Positions 1 through 13,400 are shown, counted from the stretch's first letter. The stretch: 64,000 bases of DNA from Tubiluchus corallicola (GCA_030141605.1 JAQGDQ010000697.1:46850-110849), one strand, 5' to 3'. Program-made: numbers and translations. The notes: generated by a model from the letters alone, not told the origin.

Positions 1-1734
1 TTGTTACTAACTTCACCGCTGAATCTTCTACACTTGTTCCTTTTAACTAAGATTTTAGCAATTCAAATCATGTTCACATCCTGCAACATGATAAATTACA
101 GTAACGCTATAAATTAATCTCTCTAAGCCTCATCAATAACTAGCTCTCTAGTCATTGCTCTAAATTTAATATCAAAGACTCGATGTCATGCTTTAAAAAA
201 ACTTCTCTCACAATTTGAGACAGTTTCAAAATTATATATATCAGAAGTTGATGTAGTACAATTCAATAACAGTGACTTAATGCCATGCTTTAAAATTGCT
301 TTCCTCACAGTTTGAGTCAGTTTCAAAGTTACATAATATAAGAAGGTGATGTAGTACAATTCAATAACAGTGACTTCAATAGAGTACTACTATAAATATA
401 TTTTGCTATTACCATGGACAATAATAATTGGGCCGACAATATAAATTTAAACATGTTGTTATGCAATAACGATCGTTTGTTATACACGAAATTTTTTGCA
501 CCCTGGTCCTTTGCATCCGTGAAGTGCCAACAATATTCTGCATTCACTACCTCTTCGCTATTCGCTATATTCTATATAGGGCCCTCTCAATTTTGTTTCT
601 TTTCAAACTCTTTAGCCCATACTTTTCCACTTCCATCACTCTGTCTAATACATTGTGTTTCCCAATTCATTCTCAATTTCCTATCGCATGATTTCACACG
701 ATTTATTCTTTCCTACTACAATATCTCACCTCTACATTCACCCAGTAAAGATGATTATCTTCTGACGTACAAGTTCAGAAAGCACTCAAATTGGCCATTT
801 CATAACTACAAAATTCAACATTTTGGCAAACTGTTCAGATTACTATTTAAATTATTTATCTTATAATATTTGCCATCGACATGGTTTCTATTAATATAAG
901 TCTGGGTCTTGTCGATCATTGATATTATGATCAAACATGCCACAATCCAATAGATTTGGCATAAAAATGTTGTGCCAGTTCGAAATTATTAACATTAATT
1001 TCTGCATTTAAAAAATGATTGAATATTTCACCAATTCTTAAATTTTGCAGTGGAAAATTTGATTCAGACAAGGTATACAAAAGTACGATTCACTAGAATT
1101 TGATGGTTATTAAATTTACTATGATTTATACATGTGCATTTCATTTGGCGCCATAGATCACAGATATCACAGCAAATAAAACGTTGATTATGCTTACAAT
1201 GTTTTTAACAATAGAGCATGGATAGGATAGGCCACATTAATGCAGAAAAACTCTATGTATATTTTGTTGTTATCTACACTATAGTATAGAGGCAAAGGGC
1301 TGTCTCACAACATAACAGCAAGGTTTGCAATAAGTTAATAACTATAATAGTTATAGAAAGCCCCTCGTTTTATGTTCCGAGCAGCACTTCTATCATTAAT
1401 CGTTGGTGATTGAATTTAACAAAGACCTTTGGGACGCGGTCCCCTTCTGGTGTCCCAGGTAAGCACTTGTTTCAAACAAAACAGACAACCTGCAAATAAT
1501 AAATGCAGGCAGGCGAATCCAAATGCTTTTATTAAAATTGATAAAGATAGAAAATAACACCAAACTCTGTAAGAAAATTTAACACAAAAGCGGTTTACTT
1601 TTCGTCTGCTAAAAAGTAGTTCCAACTCCTCCGCCTACATGCCAAATAATTCCACAATAGAAAAAAAAGAAGTAAATTATTGTTCCTTACGTTCCTTGCG
1701 AATATTAGTTGATTCGCGACACAAGAAATTAAAG

Positions 1735-1778
<44 letters not shown>

Positions 1779-3284
1779 AAAAAATTATAGCATTAAAAAA
1801 GTCTCATCTAAATCTTCCCAGAATCTATGCAATATTTTTCTTTTTTTAGCTTTAATTTTTCTGTAATTTCTAAAGTGATGGAAATAACCCAGTTTCCCGG
1901 TGGGCCAGTCCGATACTATATCACAGAAAAACTATAGAAACTACACAACTTGAAACTGTAAGCATTGTAACAGGTGCAGTTAGAGGTACTAATCACGAAA
2001 TTATTTAATTATAATGAATGCAAGTGAGAAACATTATAATCTCGTCAAAAATCACAGTAAGGAGAAATCGTCACTGTGTATGTGGTTGGCAAGCTGAAGA
2101 TGCTAGGCAACATTTCATAGCATGCAATCCCTCAAGGTCACCAACTCTCTGTAGGTTTGCTAATAAATGGGTTTGACAGGCTTGCAGAAGGTGATAACAT
2201 TTTGATAAGTAACGTAATTGAATTTATTGAGTGAAGCAGAATGATTAGTGATTACTAAAATGGCTAATGCTGTCTAATGCTGTATATAAATTTATATACA
2301 AGTTGAACTAACGCTGTTTGTAAATTAGACATATATTTCAATTTGTGTAGTTTACCAAAGATTTATACTAATATGACAAACTGAGAAAAATATTATTACT
2401 GTAATTTCAATAATGTTTTTATGCATATCAACAGTTCAAACAGCTTTAATTTAGCTTGCCTGCTGTTTCTTAGACCATTGAACTGTAACAAATATGTGGA
2501 AAATGTTGTTACAATAAAGTTGAATTTTTTTAATGAAAAGGTTTTAATCCTCTGGCGCTTGATGCCGCCAACGTACCGCTGATGAGAAAAACGTAACAAA
2601 TTTCGTACTTGAATTACAGTACGATTTGGCATGCTGAGTTGATAAATTCTACGATTTCCCTTATTGCTTTTAATGGAAAGTGCAAAACGTGGAAAATAGC
2701 AGACTACAAATCACCACGCTTCGATTTTAAAGTATTTTACTAATAAAAATCGATTTTAACTATATGCGCCCGCGTATGCAATACTGTACGTTTTTGCACA
2801 AGTAAGCCAATCATTTAAAATTATTATTGTTTTAGTTGCACATTTCAAAATATGGATTTGTAACTCTTTTGTAATTTATTGTCCACTTCAGCATGTAACT
2901 TTACTTTACAATTTGCGTTATCATCTTATAATTATATGCAGCAAATCTAGGAAAAATCAAATATTCTTGTACACCTTCAGAGTTTGTTCCGGGTGCTTGG
3001 GCAACTGATCAACTCTCTCTCTCTCTCTCTAGAAGACCTCGTTGTTATTTGATGTAGACCTCTCGACTATGTCAACTGTTACTGTTACTAAGATCTAGAA
3101 GGCCTCACTGCTATTTGATGTAAACCTGGCTATTCTTCGAGTTTGTAGTGAAGTCTTGCGTGGGTGTGATGGGGTCTTAGAATGTAATTATAATATTATA
3201 ATCACAAGGTTTTTATTATTTTAGCAACAAATACACTTGATGTCATCTTAAAGAGGTATTAGAAAACCTGCTTGAATCTACGAA

Positions 3285-6200
3285 ATGAGGTCATACGATA
3301 CACTGCTGTATTTGAGTCTTTTCATGTTTGTTTCTTGTAAGTAAAACATTTAAAGAATAAAAAGTACTTTGGGTTTGTAGTAATGCAAGCAGTAATAAAA
3401 GTACTTTGAGTTTGTAGTAATGCAAGCACTAATAAAAGTACTTTGGGTTTGTAGTAATGCAAGCACTAATAAAAGTACTTTGGGTTTGTAGTAATGCAAG
3501 CAGTAATAAAAGTACTTTGAGTTTGTAGTAATGCATGCACTAATAAAAGTACTTTGAGTTTGTAGTAATGCAAGCACTAATAAAAATACTTTGGGTTTGT
3601 AGTAATGCAAGCAGTAATAAAAGTACTTTGAGTATGTAGTAATGCAAGCAGTAATAAAAGTACTTTGGGTTTGTAGTAATGCAAGCAGTAATAAAAGTAC
3701 TTTGAGTTTGTAGTAATGCAAGCAGTAATAAAAGTACTTTGAGTTTGTAGTAATGCAAGCAGTAATAAAAGTACTTTGAGTTTGTAGTAATGCAAGCACT
3801 AATAAAAGTACTTTGAGTATGTAGTAATGCAAGCAGTAATAATAGTACTTTGGGTGCATAGTAATGCAAGCAGTAATAAAAGTACTTTGAGTTTGTAGTA
3901 ATGCAAGCATTAATAAAAGTACTTTGAGTATGTAGTAATGCAAGCAGTAATAAAAGTACTTTGGGTGCATAGTAATGCAAGCAGTAATAAAAGTACTTTG
4001 AGTATGTAGTAATGCAAGCAGTAATAAAAGTACTTTGAGTATGTAGTAATGCAAGCAGTAATAAAAGTACTTTGAGTTTGTAGTCATGCAAGCACTAATA
4101 AAAGTACTTTGAGTTTGTAGTAATGCAAGCAGTAATAAAAGTACTTAGAGTTTGTAGTAATGCAAGCAGAAATAAATGTACTTTGAGTTTGTAGTAATGC
4201 AAGCAGTAATAAAAGTACTTTGAGTTTGTAGTAATGCAAGCAGAAATAAAAGTACTTTGAGTTTGTAGTAATGCAAGCAGTAATAAAAGTACTTTGAGTT
4301 TGTAGTAATGCAAGCAGTAATAAAAGTACTTTGAGTTTGTAGTAATGCAAGCAGAAATAAAAGTACTTTGAGTTTGTAGTAATGCAAGCAGTAATAAAAG
4401 TACTTTGGGTTTGTAGTAATGCAAGCAGTAATAAAAGTACTTTGGGTTTTAGTAATGCAAGCAGTAATAAAAGTACTTTGAGTTTGTAGTAATGCAAGCA
4501 GTAATAAAAGTACTTTGGGTTTGTAGTAATGCAAGCAGTAATAAAAGTACTTTGAGTTTGTAGTAATGCAAGCAGAAATAAAAGTACTTTGAGTTTGTAG
4601 TAATGCAAGCACTAATAAAAGTACTTTGAGTATGTAGTAATGCAAGCAGTAATAAAAGTACTTTGGGTGCATAGTAATTCAAGCAGTAATAAAAGTACTT
4701 TGAGTTTGTAGTAATGCAAGCATTAATAAAAGTACTTTGGGTGCATAGTAATGCAAGCAGTAATAAAAGTACTTTGAGTATGTAGTAATGCAAGCACTAA
4801 TAAAAGTACTTTGAGTATGTAGTAATGCAAGCAGTAATAAAAGTACTTTGGGTGCATAGTAATGCAAGCAGTAATAAAAGTACTTTGAGTATGTAGTAAT
4901 GCAAGCAGTAATAAAAGTACTTTGAGTATGTAGTAATGCAAGCACTAATAAAAGTACTTTGAGTTTGTAGTAATGCAAGCAGAAATAAAAGTACTTTGAG
5001 TTTGTAGTAATGCAAGCAGTAATAAAAGTACTTTGGGTTTGTAGTAATGCAAGCAGTAATAAAAGTACTTTGGGTTTTAGTAATGCAAGCAGTAATAAAA
5101 GTACTTTGAGTTTGTAGTAATGCAAGCGGTAATAAAAGTACTTTGAGTTTGTAGTAATGCAAGCACTAATAAAAGTACTTTAGGTTTGTAGTAATGCCAG
5201 CACTAATAAAAGTACTTTGAGTTTGTAGTAATGCAAGCAGTAATAAAAGTACTTTCAGTTTGTAGTAATGCAAGCAGTAATAAAAGTACTTTGAGTTTGT
5301 AGTAATGAAAGCAGTAATAAAAGTACTTTGAGTTTGTAGTAATGCAAGCAGTAATAAAAGTACTTTCAGTTTGTAGTAATGCAAGCAGTAATAAAAGTAC
5401 TTTGAGTTTGTAGTAATGCAAGCAGTAATAAAAGTACTTTGAGTTTGTAGTAATGAAAGCAGTAATAAAAGTACTTTGAGTTTGTAGTAATGCAAGCAGT
5501 AATAAAAGTACTTTGGGTTTGTAGTAATGCAAGCAGTAATAAAAGTACTTTGGGTTTTAGTAATGCAAGCAGTAATAAAAGTACTTTGAGTTTGTAGTAA
5601 TGCAAGCAGTAATAAAAGTACTTAGGGTTTGTAGTAATGAAAGCAGTAATAAAAGTACTTTGAGTTTGTAGTAATGCCAGCACTAATAAAAGTACTTTGG
5701 GTTTGTAGTAATGCCAGCACTAATAAAAGTACTTTGAGTTTGTAGTAATGCAAGCAGTAATAAAAGTACTTTGAGTTTGTAGTAATGAAAGCACTAATAA
5801 AAGTACTTTGAGTTTGTAGTAATGCAAGCAGTAATAAAAGTACTTTGAGTTTGTAGTAATGCAAGCAGTAATAAAACTAAGTTCATTATTATAAATATGC
5901 AGTTTACAAAATGAAATGTGTCATGACTGTGTGTTCGTAATTTGCTTTTTATTACAGTGGTTACAAGCTGGTCTCACTACCATTTCCAGTAGGCACTTTT
6001 GGTGCAACCCTTTCTCTTCGTAATACTTCTAATGTTTTCAGCCATTGCTTTCAGCTTGGCAACTTTTTGTTTTTTTCTTTTATCTATTTCTCTGGATCGA
6101 CTCCATATTTCCTTCTTAGCTACATCGCTTGTGACATGCACTCATTTAATTCAATAAGTTTATTGACATGATCGTTATATGTATATAATGTTTTATGTTA

Positions 6201-9200
6201 TATAGATGCAAACAAGTATATAATTCAATTTTATTATTTTTGATTAGTGATCGTCAGCTATAGTTTTTGGCTATAGGTTATAAAAGGCTGCAGATGGCAC
6301 TAAACAAGTACTCCTTTAGTAACCTGTCATTTGCCTGCTGCTTCTTGAGTTAGAACTTAAAGTACTTAGAGATACATAGTAGTATTGGTTCTAAAAGTTA
6401 CCACCAGGTTAGAATGATTATAACAGGTTGGCCGGATTCTTATTTCTAGACAAGCAGATCATATCTTTTTTAGTTCAGGCAAATGTTTTACATGGTCAAC
6501 AAAAATCTGAAAATTCATTTGTAGGCCTGTTGGTAATGGGACCAAAAACTTTCTTATTAAGATTTTGCTATAGCAAAACTTTCTGTTTTCATTGAGTTAT
6601 TTATTTATTTATTTTCCGCCAATTTAACGCTTAGTAACTCCTAAGTCTTGCAAGCTAGGGTCACCGAACTCGCAGGGTTGATACACAACTGTATAGCAAC
6701 TGCTGACCAATGGTCAAGGGGGAAGGACAGTGGGTGTTGGTCAATTTTTCCTTTATGATTCAACTCCGCTAGGGCTTTCGTTTTTTTCCAAATTTTTTTT
6801 CACAAGTATTTGGGTATTGTGGGGTAGATGTGCACCTGGGGTTTTAAAAAGCTGGTAAGATTTGGGGTCCCCCAATTTGTGACCTTTTACACGCTGAGTG
6901 CTAGGGACACAAAACTCACAGGGTACACTCTCTGGCAAAAGTTATATACGTATACGCGTGACCTGAGTCGCTGGGTCAAAGGTCACGGAGTGGTCGAGTC
7001 TTCGTTTATTTCTCTTTAGAATGCATAATTTTTGAGCTAGGGCGACAATATTTGGCATGTGGTTAAGTGGAGCCAAGTTGTTGGATATGGCAAAATATGG
7101 GTAATTTGGAGGGGTGAAAAATTTTCCACTAGGGGGCAAAAACCGAAAAATGGGGGTCGTGAACAGAAATGCATCGAGTGTCTATGAATACTACCATGTA
7201 GAACATCAAATAAAAGGTCTTGATGAGGCGAATCGAATGGTGTCAATTACAGTGGGAATCCTTAACCTGTGACCCAGTTAGGGGCAAAATAGGGGTCGAA
7301 GAGACAAATGCTTCCATGGTCTACCAAAAGCAGGTTGTTGTTATCAAATGAAAGGCCTCAATGAGACAAACTGAATGACTTAAGTTATGCCAAGGTTGTT
7401 GACCTTTGACCCGTGGGTGATGGGCTGAAGAGTTAAATGCTGAGGCTTCATTGTGAAATGCACTTTCCATGTATTCAAGCAATTCAATAAAAGAAAAGAG
7501 CATTTTTTAAAAAAGGCTGTCATCTCTTCATTTTTAAAGCTGAATTTTACAACTATTGTTTGCAAAATCTTCAGTTTCTGACCACTTCAGAAACATTGTT
7601 AGCTGGTTTATTTCCTTTCTATAACGAAAAGTCCTGTTATATAATTCATGTTTCCACAGAAATGTTCTTATTAGATTAAATACAGGCATTAGGTGAACCT
7701 TGCCTTAGTCACTTACCTTATCTTAGGTGTGACTGTCTCTAACTTAATCACGTTTGTCAGCTTGAGACTTGATGTCAACATGAGCTTCAATACATATAAG
7801 TTAAAATTTCCAAACCTGTGATTACTTGGTTAAACGCTTGATTTGCAGGTGTGCAGGATGAAACGCAAGCAACACCATTTGAACAAGAACCCGAGGATGT
7901 TGTTGCTCTTCCTGGAGATGATGTTGTGCTAACATGTGTGATAGAGAGCAATTATGTCCACAATGGTCACGGTGTTCTCTGGTTTCTTAATGGCAATCTG
8001 CAAGACATAGATGGTGAAAACTTCACGTATCTTGACATTGATGCTCCTACCAGTGGAGACTGGAGTATAAACGTTGTGAATATAAATGTAAATCAACGGG
8101 ATGGTTCATATCTCTGCCAGTATAGGCCATTTCAAGGCCAGGTGGAAAACGCACGTGAAGTAGAAGTTACTGTTGTTGGTAAGTATGTAAGACATTCTTA
8201 GTTACTTTTAATACTTTTGCTGAGTATTTTATTCAGAGCTTCTGATCTTTTGTGATCATGGAAAATGGACAGAATTCACATGGGCAACTGAAACAGCTGC
8301 GAAAAACAGAATTAGTCTGATTTAGTTTTCATTATTTATTCACTTAATTGTTGCTTAATTAATTCATTCATACTTGACTTAGTGTGTATAATATAGTAAT
8401 TTTTGTGTAGAAACGTTATCTCTGACGTGTTACTAGGAAATATTTGAAATTTTTGTTTATAAACTAATTTAAAGTCGTAATTATAATAGTTCCAGCAACT
8501 ATCAGTATGCTGCTGAATGATGTGCTACATGTGAAACCCTCGATTACAGTTGGAGCAGAAGACATCTCTAATCAGCTCAAATGTGAAGCCATAAGCAACT
8601 GCAAAGTTCTGCCAACCATAAGTTGGTTTATTGGTAATATCTTTCTAATTATTATATACTTTAATGATCTATGTAACTTATTCTGTTTTGATATAAATTA
8701 ATCATATAATATCATCATCATCATCATCATCACCACCTGACTAAGTTACTGCTTACATCAACACACACGCCATGCCAGCTTTTATCATATCCTTGTCACC
8801 AGCACCACCACTACTACAGTAGCCCTTACTTAAACTATATTAGAATATTTTTAAATAGATTATCGTTGACATAAAGGTAATATTAAGTGTACATTAGGTG
8901 CATTAAATCAAAGACCTATATATATGTCACATATTTTCTTGTTATCATCAGGTTATAATTTATATTACATGCAGGTTCAGCTCCTGTCAACTCTCGTTCA
9001 GAAACTATGCTGGATCTAAACACCAATTTTACTAATGTTGTGAGCACAATGGATGGTTATTCATTTAAACCTGAAGATAATGGAAAGCAGCTGACCTGTC
9101 AAGTTTTTATACATGACATTTTGTCAAAACAGTTTATTAACAGGACACTAAATGTACAATGTAAGTTAAATTTTTAGTAATCTATCTTACTGCTAGATGT

Positions 9201-11320
9201 GAGTAAAATATTCAGACAGAGTGTCCATGTTACAACAACCACATTAATAACACGTTTTAAACACTGTGTATTGAAGAAGTGTATGTAGCATGCTGCAAAT
9301 GACCTTGATGGGTCTGGGTCTTTTAGAATGAAAAAGTGAAGTAAAATTGAACAATAAATAAAAGTAACATTAAAATCAAAATTATTGTTAATGATGTTAC
9401 AAATCCACAATTTTTTAGTTTTGATGCCCAGGCTTTTCCTTTTTTCTTTGACTCTCTTTCTCTTTACCCTCTTTCCCTGTATCTCTCCTTCTGTCTTGTC
9501 TTGCATTCCTGCTATATTAGGAGATTCGTTTTTGATACAGATATTACATCTGTTACCGTGAAATTGCCTAACGGAGATGATACTAAGATTACAGTTGGCA
9601 GTGGCTTTGAGCTGATTTGTGATGCAAATGGGAACCCAGAACCTTCTTATCAGTGGAGTGGTCCTAATTTGTCAAGTGGAAACACCGGCAAAAAAGTTAC
9701 GAAGAAAAATGCGGAATTAGTTGATGGAGGGACATACACTTGTACAGCTAGGAATGCTGTTGGAGAGAGAAAAGGCAGCTTAACTATAAAAATTGTAAAG
9801 GAAGGTGGCAAAGAAGAAAACGGTGATAAAAATGGTGGTGGGGGATCTGGAGATGAAGATAATGGTGAGTGCATTGATTAAGGACCTAAGAGAATTAACC
9901 TTGCTAAAACACAGAAATGGTTGTTAGTTATGTAATAGTTTTGTTTCTGTTACCGGAGTGTCGTACATTTTCATTTGCGATTGATGATTGAAAGTACTAC
10001 TACCAATAATTAGACATGTGCTGGCACCTACATTTAAAATTGTTCATTTTTGTAGCTTAATTTAAGTTCAATGCAGAGAAAAAGAGTGAGATTGAATTAT
10101 TTTATATTAATTAATTAATTATGCACATCATATAATCAATAAGCACAACAAATTGTTTAACATTAAGTCCGTGCTTATACAATGTTGTAATATTAAGCAC
10201 ACTTGTTGTAATTAATGGTCAATGACATCAGCTGCCCTTTTTCCTAGAATCAATGTTAACAGCTGCGTCAGGGCAATGACTTCATAGTAAGAGCAATGAC
10301 CAGCTGCACACAGTTCTTAGAAACTGTTACAGGGCAATGCCTCACTGTGCTCATTTCCCTATTTCCTGGAAACAGTTATGACCAGATGTGTTCATTTCCC
10401 TATTTCCTGGATACAGTAAGGACCAGATGTGCTCATTTCCCTATTTCCGGGAAACGGTTATGACCAGATGTGCTTACTTCCTAGAAATAACCAAAAACCT
10501 GCATCCACTTCTTGGAAACAATCACGCCAGGGCAATGACTCACTGTGCTCTTTCCTCACTTCTAGGAAACAATTGCGTCAGGGCAATGGCTTCCTAGAAA
10601 GGGCAATGACCAGTTGCACAAAGTTCTTAGAAACTGTTACAGGACAATGACTCACTGTACTCATTTCCGTGTGTCCTGGATACAGTTATGACCAGTCATG
10701 CTTACTTCCTAGAAATAGCCTTTAACACCTGCATCCAGTTCTTGGAAACAGTCGCATCAGGGCAATGACTCACTTCTAGGAAACACCCTAGCAGCTGCAT
10801 AGTCCGGCCTATACAGGCAATTAGCAACAAAATGCTCTGACCAATAAGACTCAAGCTGACCACTGACCAGAACTTGGTTGACAGTATTCCTTTCAGATTA
10901 TTACAATTTTTTAAATTTTTTTTTAAACAAAGGGAGAATGAATGATGTTACGCAAAATATTTCTAAGAATTTTTTGATAAATCATAACCATAATAATATG
11001 TTGATAATGCAAAGAATTTTAACCTTGCAATTAAAATTAGCTTCGATGTATATTGATTATTAACGTTGTACTGCATTTTAAGTTTATTGATTCTAGCACT
11101 ATGCATTTGGGAGTTAACAGGAATTAAATAGTTGAAAATTGAATGCCTAACATCATGATGAAAAACCAGCATAAGGGGTGTAGCTCCTACATCTATGACT
11201 TTAGTCACAAGCACTAATGTTCTTTATTTTGTTTCAGGGCAAAATGGTTGCAATTTTCCGAGAAAGTTCTTGTTTGGACACGTTGTTATTCTCACTGTTA
11301 TTGTTTATTTTGTTAGATGA
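3285..11320 (+). CDS. IgSF gene 1: GPI-anchored 3-Ig cell-surface protein (V-like/C2-set/I-set; KIRREL/nectin/CADM/IgLON-like), about 372 aa
   Basis: Exons: 3285-3336 (MRSYDTLLYLSLFMFVS, signal peptide), 7849-8178 (V-like: FEQEPEDVVALPGDDVVLTC..W..DGSYLC), 8490-8633 and 8975-9160 (C2-set: LKCEA..ISW / EDNGKQLTC), 9541-9864 (I-set: LICDANGNPEPSYQW..DGGTYTC), 11238-11320 (GQNGCNFPRKFLFGHVVILTVIVYFVR*). All introns are GT-AG and phase 1; the exons sum to 1119 nt with an open frame. Confidence 0.88.
3357..5876. repeat. 37-bp minisatellite (about 68 copies) in intron 1 of IgSF gene 1
   Basis: Unit TAATAAAAGTACTTTGAGTTTGTAGTAATGCAAGCAG in head-to-tail array with point variants. Confidence 0.97.
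6555..7597 (+). mobile_element. Non-autonomous Helentron-type element (HINE/DINE-1-like)
   Basis: 5' subTIR AAGATTTTGC (6559) with adjacent inverted copy GCAAAACTT, then a (TATT)n microsatellite. The 3' subTIR GCAAAATCTT (7562) is followed by the stem-loop GTTTCTGA-ccact-TCAGAAAC. Absent from the paralogous introns. Confidence 0.6.
10241..10782. promoter_or_regulatory. Degenerate 41-bp repeat region with 12 TTCNNNGAA (STAT/GAS- or BCL6-type) motifs, last intron of gene 1
   Basis: Motifs at 10241, 10314, 10363, 10445 (TTCCGGGAA), 10478, 10509, 10560, 10591, 10624, 10706, 10739 and 10774. Function is inferred only. Confidence 0.45.
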
Positions 11321-12095
11321 GTCAGAATTTATGCTTAAACTTAAATGTATGTGATTTTAAAACTTTTGCATATTGTGTAAATATTTTTATCATTGTATGG
11401 AATATAATCATATAATCAATAAGCACAACAAATTGTTTAACATTAAGTCCGTGCTTATACAATGTTGTAATATTAAGCACACTTGTTGTAATTAATGGTC
11501 AATGACATCAGCTGCCCTTTTTCCTAGAATCAATGTTAACAGCTGCGTCAGGCCAATGACTTCCTAGAAAGAGCACTGTGCTCATTTCCCTGTTTCCTGG
11601 AAACAGTTATGACCAGATGTGCTCATTTCCCTACTTCCTGGATACAGTTATGACCAGATGTGCTCATTTCCCTACTTCCTGGATACAGTTATGACCAGAT
11701 ATGCTTACTTTCTAGAAATAACCGAAATCACCTGCATCCACTTCTTGGCTTGGTTGACAGCATTCCTTTCAGATTATTACAATTTTTCAATTTTTTTAAA
11801 CAAAGAGTGAACGAATTATGTAAAGTATTTCTAAGAATATTTTGATAAATCATAACCATTATACTATGTTGATAATGCAAAAAATTAAGCTTCGATGTAT
11901 ATTGATTATTAATGGTGCACTTGTCCCGGGACCTACATTTTAAGTTTATTGATTCTCTATGCATTTGGGAGTTAAGAAGAATTAAATAGTTGAAAATTGA
12001 ATGCCTAACATCATGATGAAAAACCAGCATAAGGGCTGTAGCTCCTACATCTATGACTTTAGTCACAAGCACTAACGTTCTTTATTTTGTTTCAG

Positions 12096-12178
12096 AGCAA
12101 AATGGTAGCAATTTTCCGAGAAAGTTCTTGTTTGGACACGTTGTTATTCTCACTGTTATTGTTTATTTTGTTAGATAA
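12096..12178 (+). CDS. Duplicated alternative terminal (GPI-signal) exon of IgSF gene 1
   Basis: Acceptor ttttgtttcag, phase 1; encodes EQNGSNFPRKFLFGHVVILTVIVYFVR*. It lies in a tandem copy (about 11407-12258) of about 10127-11401. Confidence 0.6.
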
Positions 12179-13010
12179 GTCAGAATTTATGCTTAAACTA
12201 AAATGTATGTGATTTTAAAACTTTGTGTATTGTGTAAATATTTTTATCATTGTATGGAAATAGTTGCCCTGTGTCTGTACAAAATAGGCCTATCTTACCT
12301 TAGTCAGTTTAAGTCTGAGGTTAAATTATAATAAGATATAGTTGTGGTTTCTTCCATCAATGTCCAGCCAAGCAAAATTTATTAACTTGTTTGTAGCTGT
12401 TGTTGTACTCTCTAAATTTTTGTTTACAGTAAATTTGGTTTCTGAACTTATGTGCACATTTCAAGGTAAATTAAATTTAATGAATTTTAGTTTTATTACA
12501 TGTGTCTTTTGAATAAAAATTTTAATGTGATTTTGTTTTTGAATTATGATTATGAGAATTGGGTGCAAAGATCATCATTTTAATAATGGCTGTTACAGTA
12601 TGAACAGTGATGAACTAAAGTAGTGTATTATAGTTGTACAGAAAATTAATATCTGAAAGAAAACTTTCTACTGAGTATGCTACCCACACGTAGCTAAAAC
12701 AATAACGTATATATCTAAGCTTTTCGCCGAGTGACGAATATTACTTTCGTTACTTTGACAAAGGTTTACAACACACCATCATGCGCTTCTAAATGAAGTA
12801 AGATCATGTCACACAAATTAAATGAGAAATTACTTAAATGGTAGCGGCTTCGACAGTAAAGCAGCATAACATGTTCATCCTCTTTGTACACGGTTTTTTG
12901 TTTATAAAGTGACATTTGAAGCAAGGTGGCAGTAGTGCTGCACAAAGTTGATAATCTCTACTATGCGATGGCCTCTTCAGTCGTTTAACTATTAATTAGT
13001 TTTTGCAAAT

Positions 13011-13400
13011 TTACTGTGAGTTGTTGTCACATTTCACTCGATGATTGCAGAGACCTACGCGAACAGAGCAAGATCTTCCAAGGTTAGTGCACTGAAATAC
13101 TGAAGCATCTTTGGTACGATTCTTCCTTCTTTGACTCTTCTCTTCCCATAGTAGCTGAAGCCTATCTTCGTTGTGCTTCACCCCATCAAACACTGGCATC
13201 CACCAAGTTTCCCCCAGAGCAAGATCTTCGAAGGTTAGTGCACTGAAATGCTGAAGCATCTTTAGTACGATTCTTTCTTCTTTGACGCCTCTCTTCCCAT
13301 AGTAGCTGAAGCCTATCTTCGTTGTGCTTCACCCCATGAAACAATGGCATCTGCCAAGTTTCCCTGTCCGAGGTTGCTATTTCCAGGTTTTGGCAATTAC
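13011..13400 (-). mobile_element. RTE-clade LINE 3' fragment with internal duplication
   Basis: Translation ATSDRETW..GVKHNEDR..EEKRQRRK..FQC..GRSCSVRVGLCNHRVKC resembles the RTE ORF C-terminus (DR..WR..KR.RRK..C..CGR.C.SRIGL.SH.R.C). Confidence 0.7.

Noticed and set aside
414-866. 150-aa + strand ORF
   Set aside because: No recognisable domain or splice context; low-complexity F/S/L composition suggests a chance ORF.
3350-5864. Many overlapping minus-strand ORFs (YFYYCLHYY repeats)
   Set aside because: Translations of the 37-bp minisatellite; the period is not a multiple of 3 and the array lies in an intron.
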